Below, one piece after another: positions 63,506 to 64,000 of a stretch of DNA of 64,000 nt. The stretch comes from a virus, in the IMG/VR virus record IMGVR_UViG_3300034389_000010, positions 33,935 through 97,934 of that record. The stretch is one strand, 5' to 3'. The position numbers and the translations under genes are program-made. Within the stretch, counting starts at the first letter, position 1; every line of letters starts with the position of its first letter. The notes below the pieces were generated by a model that worked only from the letters and a program-made list of their open reading frames with translations, had not been told where the DNA came from and ran no database searches.

Positions 63506-64000
63506 ATGAACAACAGCACCCTGTCGCCTGACGTCTCCTACGAGCAGCTGGCCAAGCCCGCCCCGCTGCGCACCCGCACCGGTCCACGCCAGAGCAAGGC
63601 CGACAAGAAGGCCGCCAAACGTAGTCGTCACCAGACCAAGATGCTCAGCTTGCTGGCGCTGGCCGAAGCGCGCCGCCAGGTCCGCAACATCCTGCAGAAC
63701 GCCGATCGCTACCACTGGACCGTCTGCAGCGGCGGCAGCCTGTTTCTGCGGCTGGATGACGGTGCGCTGCTGCAGGTGTTCAGCCCGGCCTACGCGGTAC
63801 ACCAGCCGACCGACGTGCTAGGCCTGTCCAAGCGGCGCACCAGCTACGTCGTCAATGGGCGCATCCAGCAGCAGGAATACCACGAGCGCACCGGCGGCGA
63901 GATCGTCATGAGCCAGACCTTTGTATCGGGTCGTGGCGCTATCGGTAGCCCGCAGCGCGCCTGCCTGGTCAAGGGTGAGCTGAGCATCACCGGCCCAGGG
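63506..64000 (+). CDS. Hypothetical protein, 3'-truncated by the window edge
   Basis: Open frame MNNSTLSPDV... to the end of the window. Confidence 0.5.
   Translation, partial: MNNSTLSPDVSYEQLAKPAPLRTRTGPRQSKADKKAAKRSRHQTKMLSLLALAEARRQVRNILQNADRYHWTVCSGGSLFLRLDDGALLQVFSPAYAVHQPTDVLGLSKRRTSYVVNGRIQQQEYHERTGGEIVMSQTFVSGRGAIGSPQRACLVKGELSITGPG

Larger units (their letters stand above)
1..64000. mobile_element. P1-like temperate myophage / phage-plasmid (partial, extends beyond both window edges)
   Basis: Capsid-sheath-gp21-like order as in P1, lysis cassette, TerS, ParA/ParB, TA pair, dif-like site and lambdoid replication/recombination genes; no host housekeeping genes or integrase seen. Confidence 0.9.

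Overview
The whole window is part of one GC-rich (about 65%) temperate myovirus genome, truncated at both ends; no host chromosomal genes or integrase are visible. It is most likely a P1-related phage-plasmid of a Pseudomonas-like host. Layout: (1-6 kb) probable virion-packaged polyvalent proteins (HExxH metallopeptidase; BECR/LPD3-like + ADP-ribosyltransferase + N6-adenine MTase); (6-16 kb) P1-like capsid, sheath and tail genes interrupted by a low-GC acyltransferase-3 moron; (16-19 kb) lysis cassette; (19-27 kb) plasmid maintenance (type Ib ParA/RHH-ParB, three 7-bp-periodic parS-like arrays, a XerC/D dif-like site, VapBC, a LexA box); (27-34 kb) leftward recombination operon (Bet, exonuclease, SSB, RdgC-FtsK-gamma); (34-41 kb) Cro-like gene, lambdoid O/P-like replication, Ref-like nuclease, dUTPase, an apparently catalytically dead stand-alone terminase nuclease domain and an XRE regulator; (41-44 kb) non-coding stretches tiled with repeated RNA stems, including a CCA-ending tRNA mimic; (44-64 kb) TerS and a long accessory region (Acb4/gp49-like, PAPS-reductase-like, SNF2, Lar-like, SAH/HD, DUF262, ASCH, ThyA). 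The strongest unexplained signals are the structured-RNA/tRNA-mimic modules, an RNA-switch and leader-ORF control region before the replication gene, the dead terminase domain, a dif site together with a phage FtsK-gamma domain, an 8-copy fixed-spacing promoter, and a recurring 24-nt start-associated sequence. All family calls come from motif recognition by eye; no database search was run.
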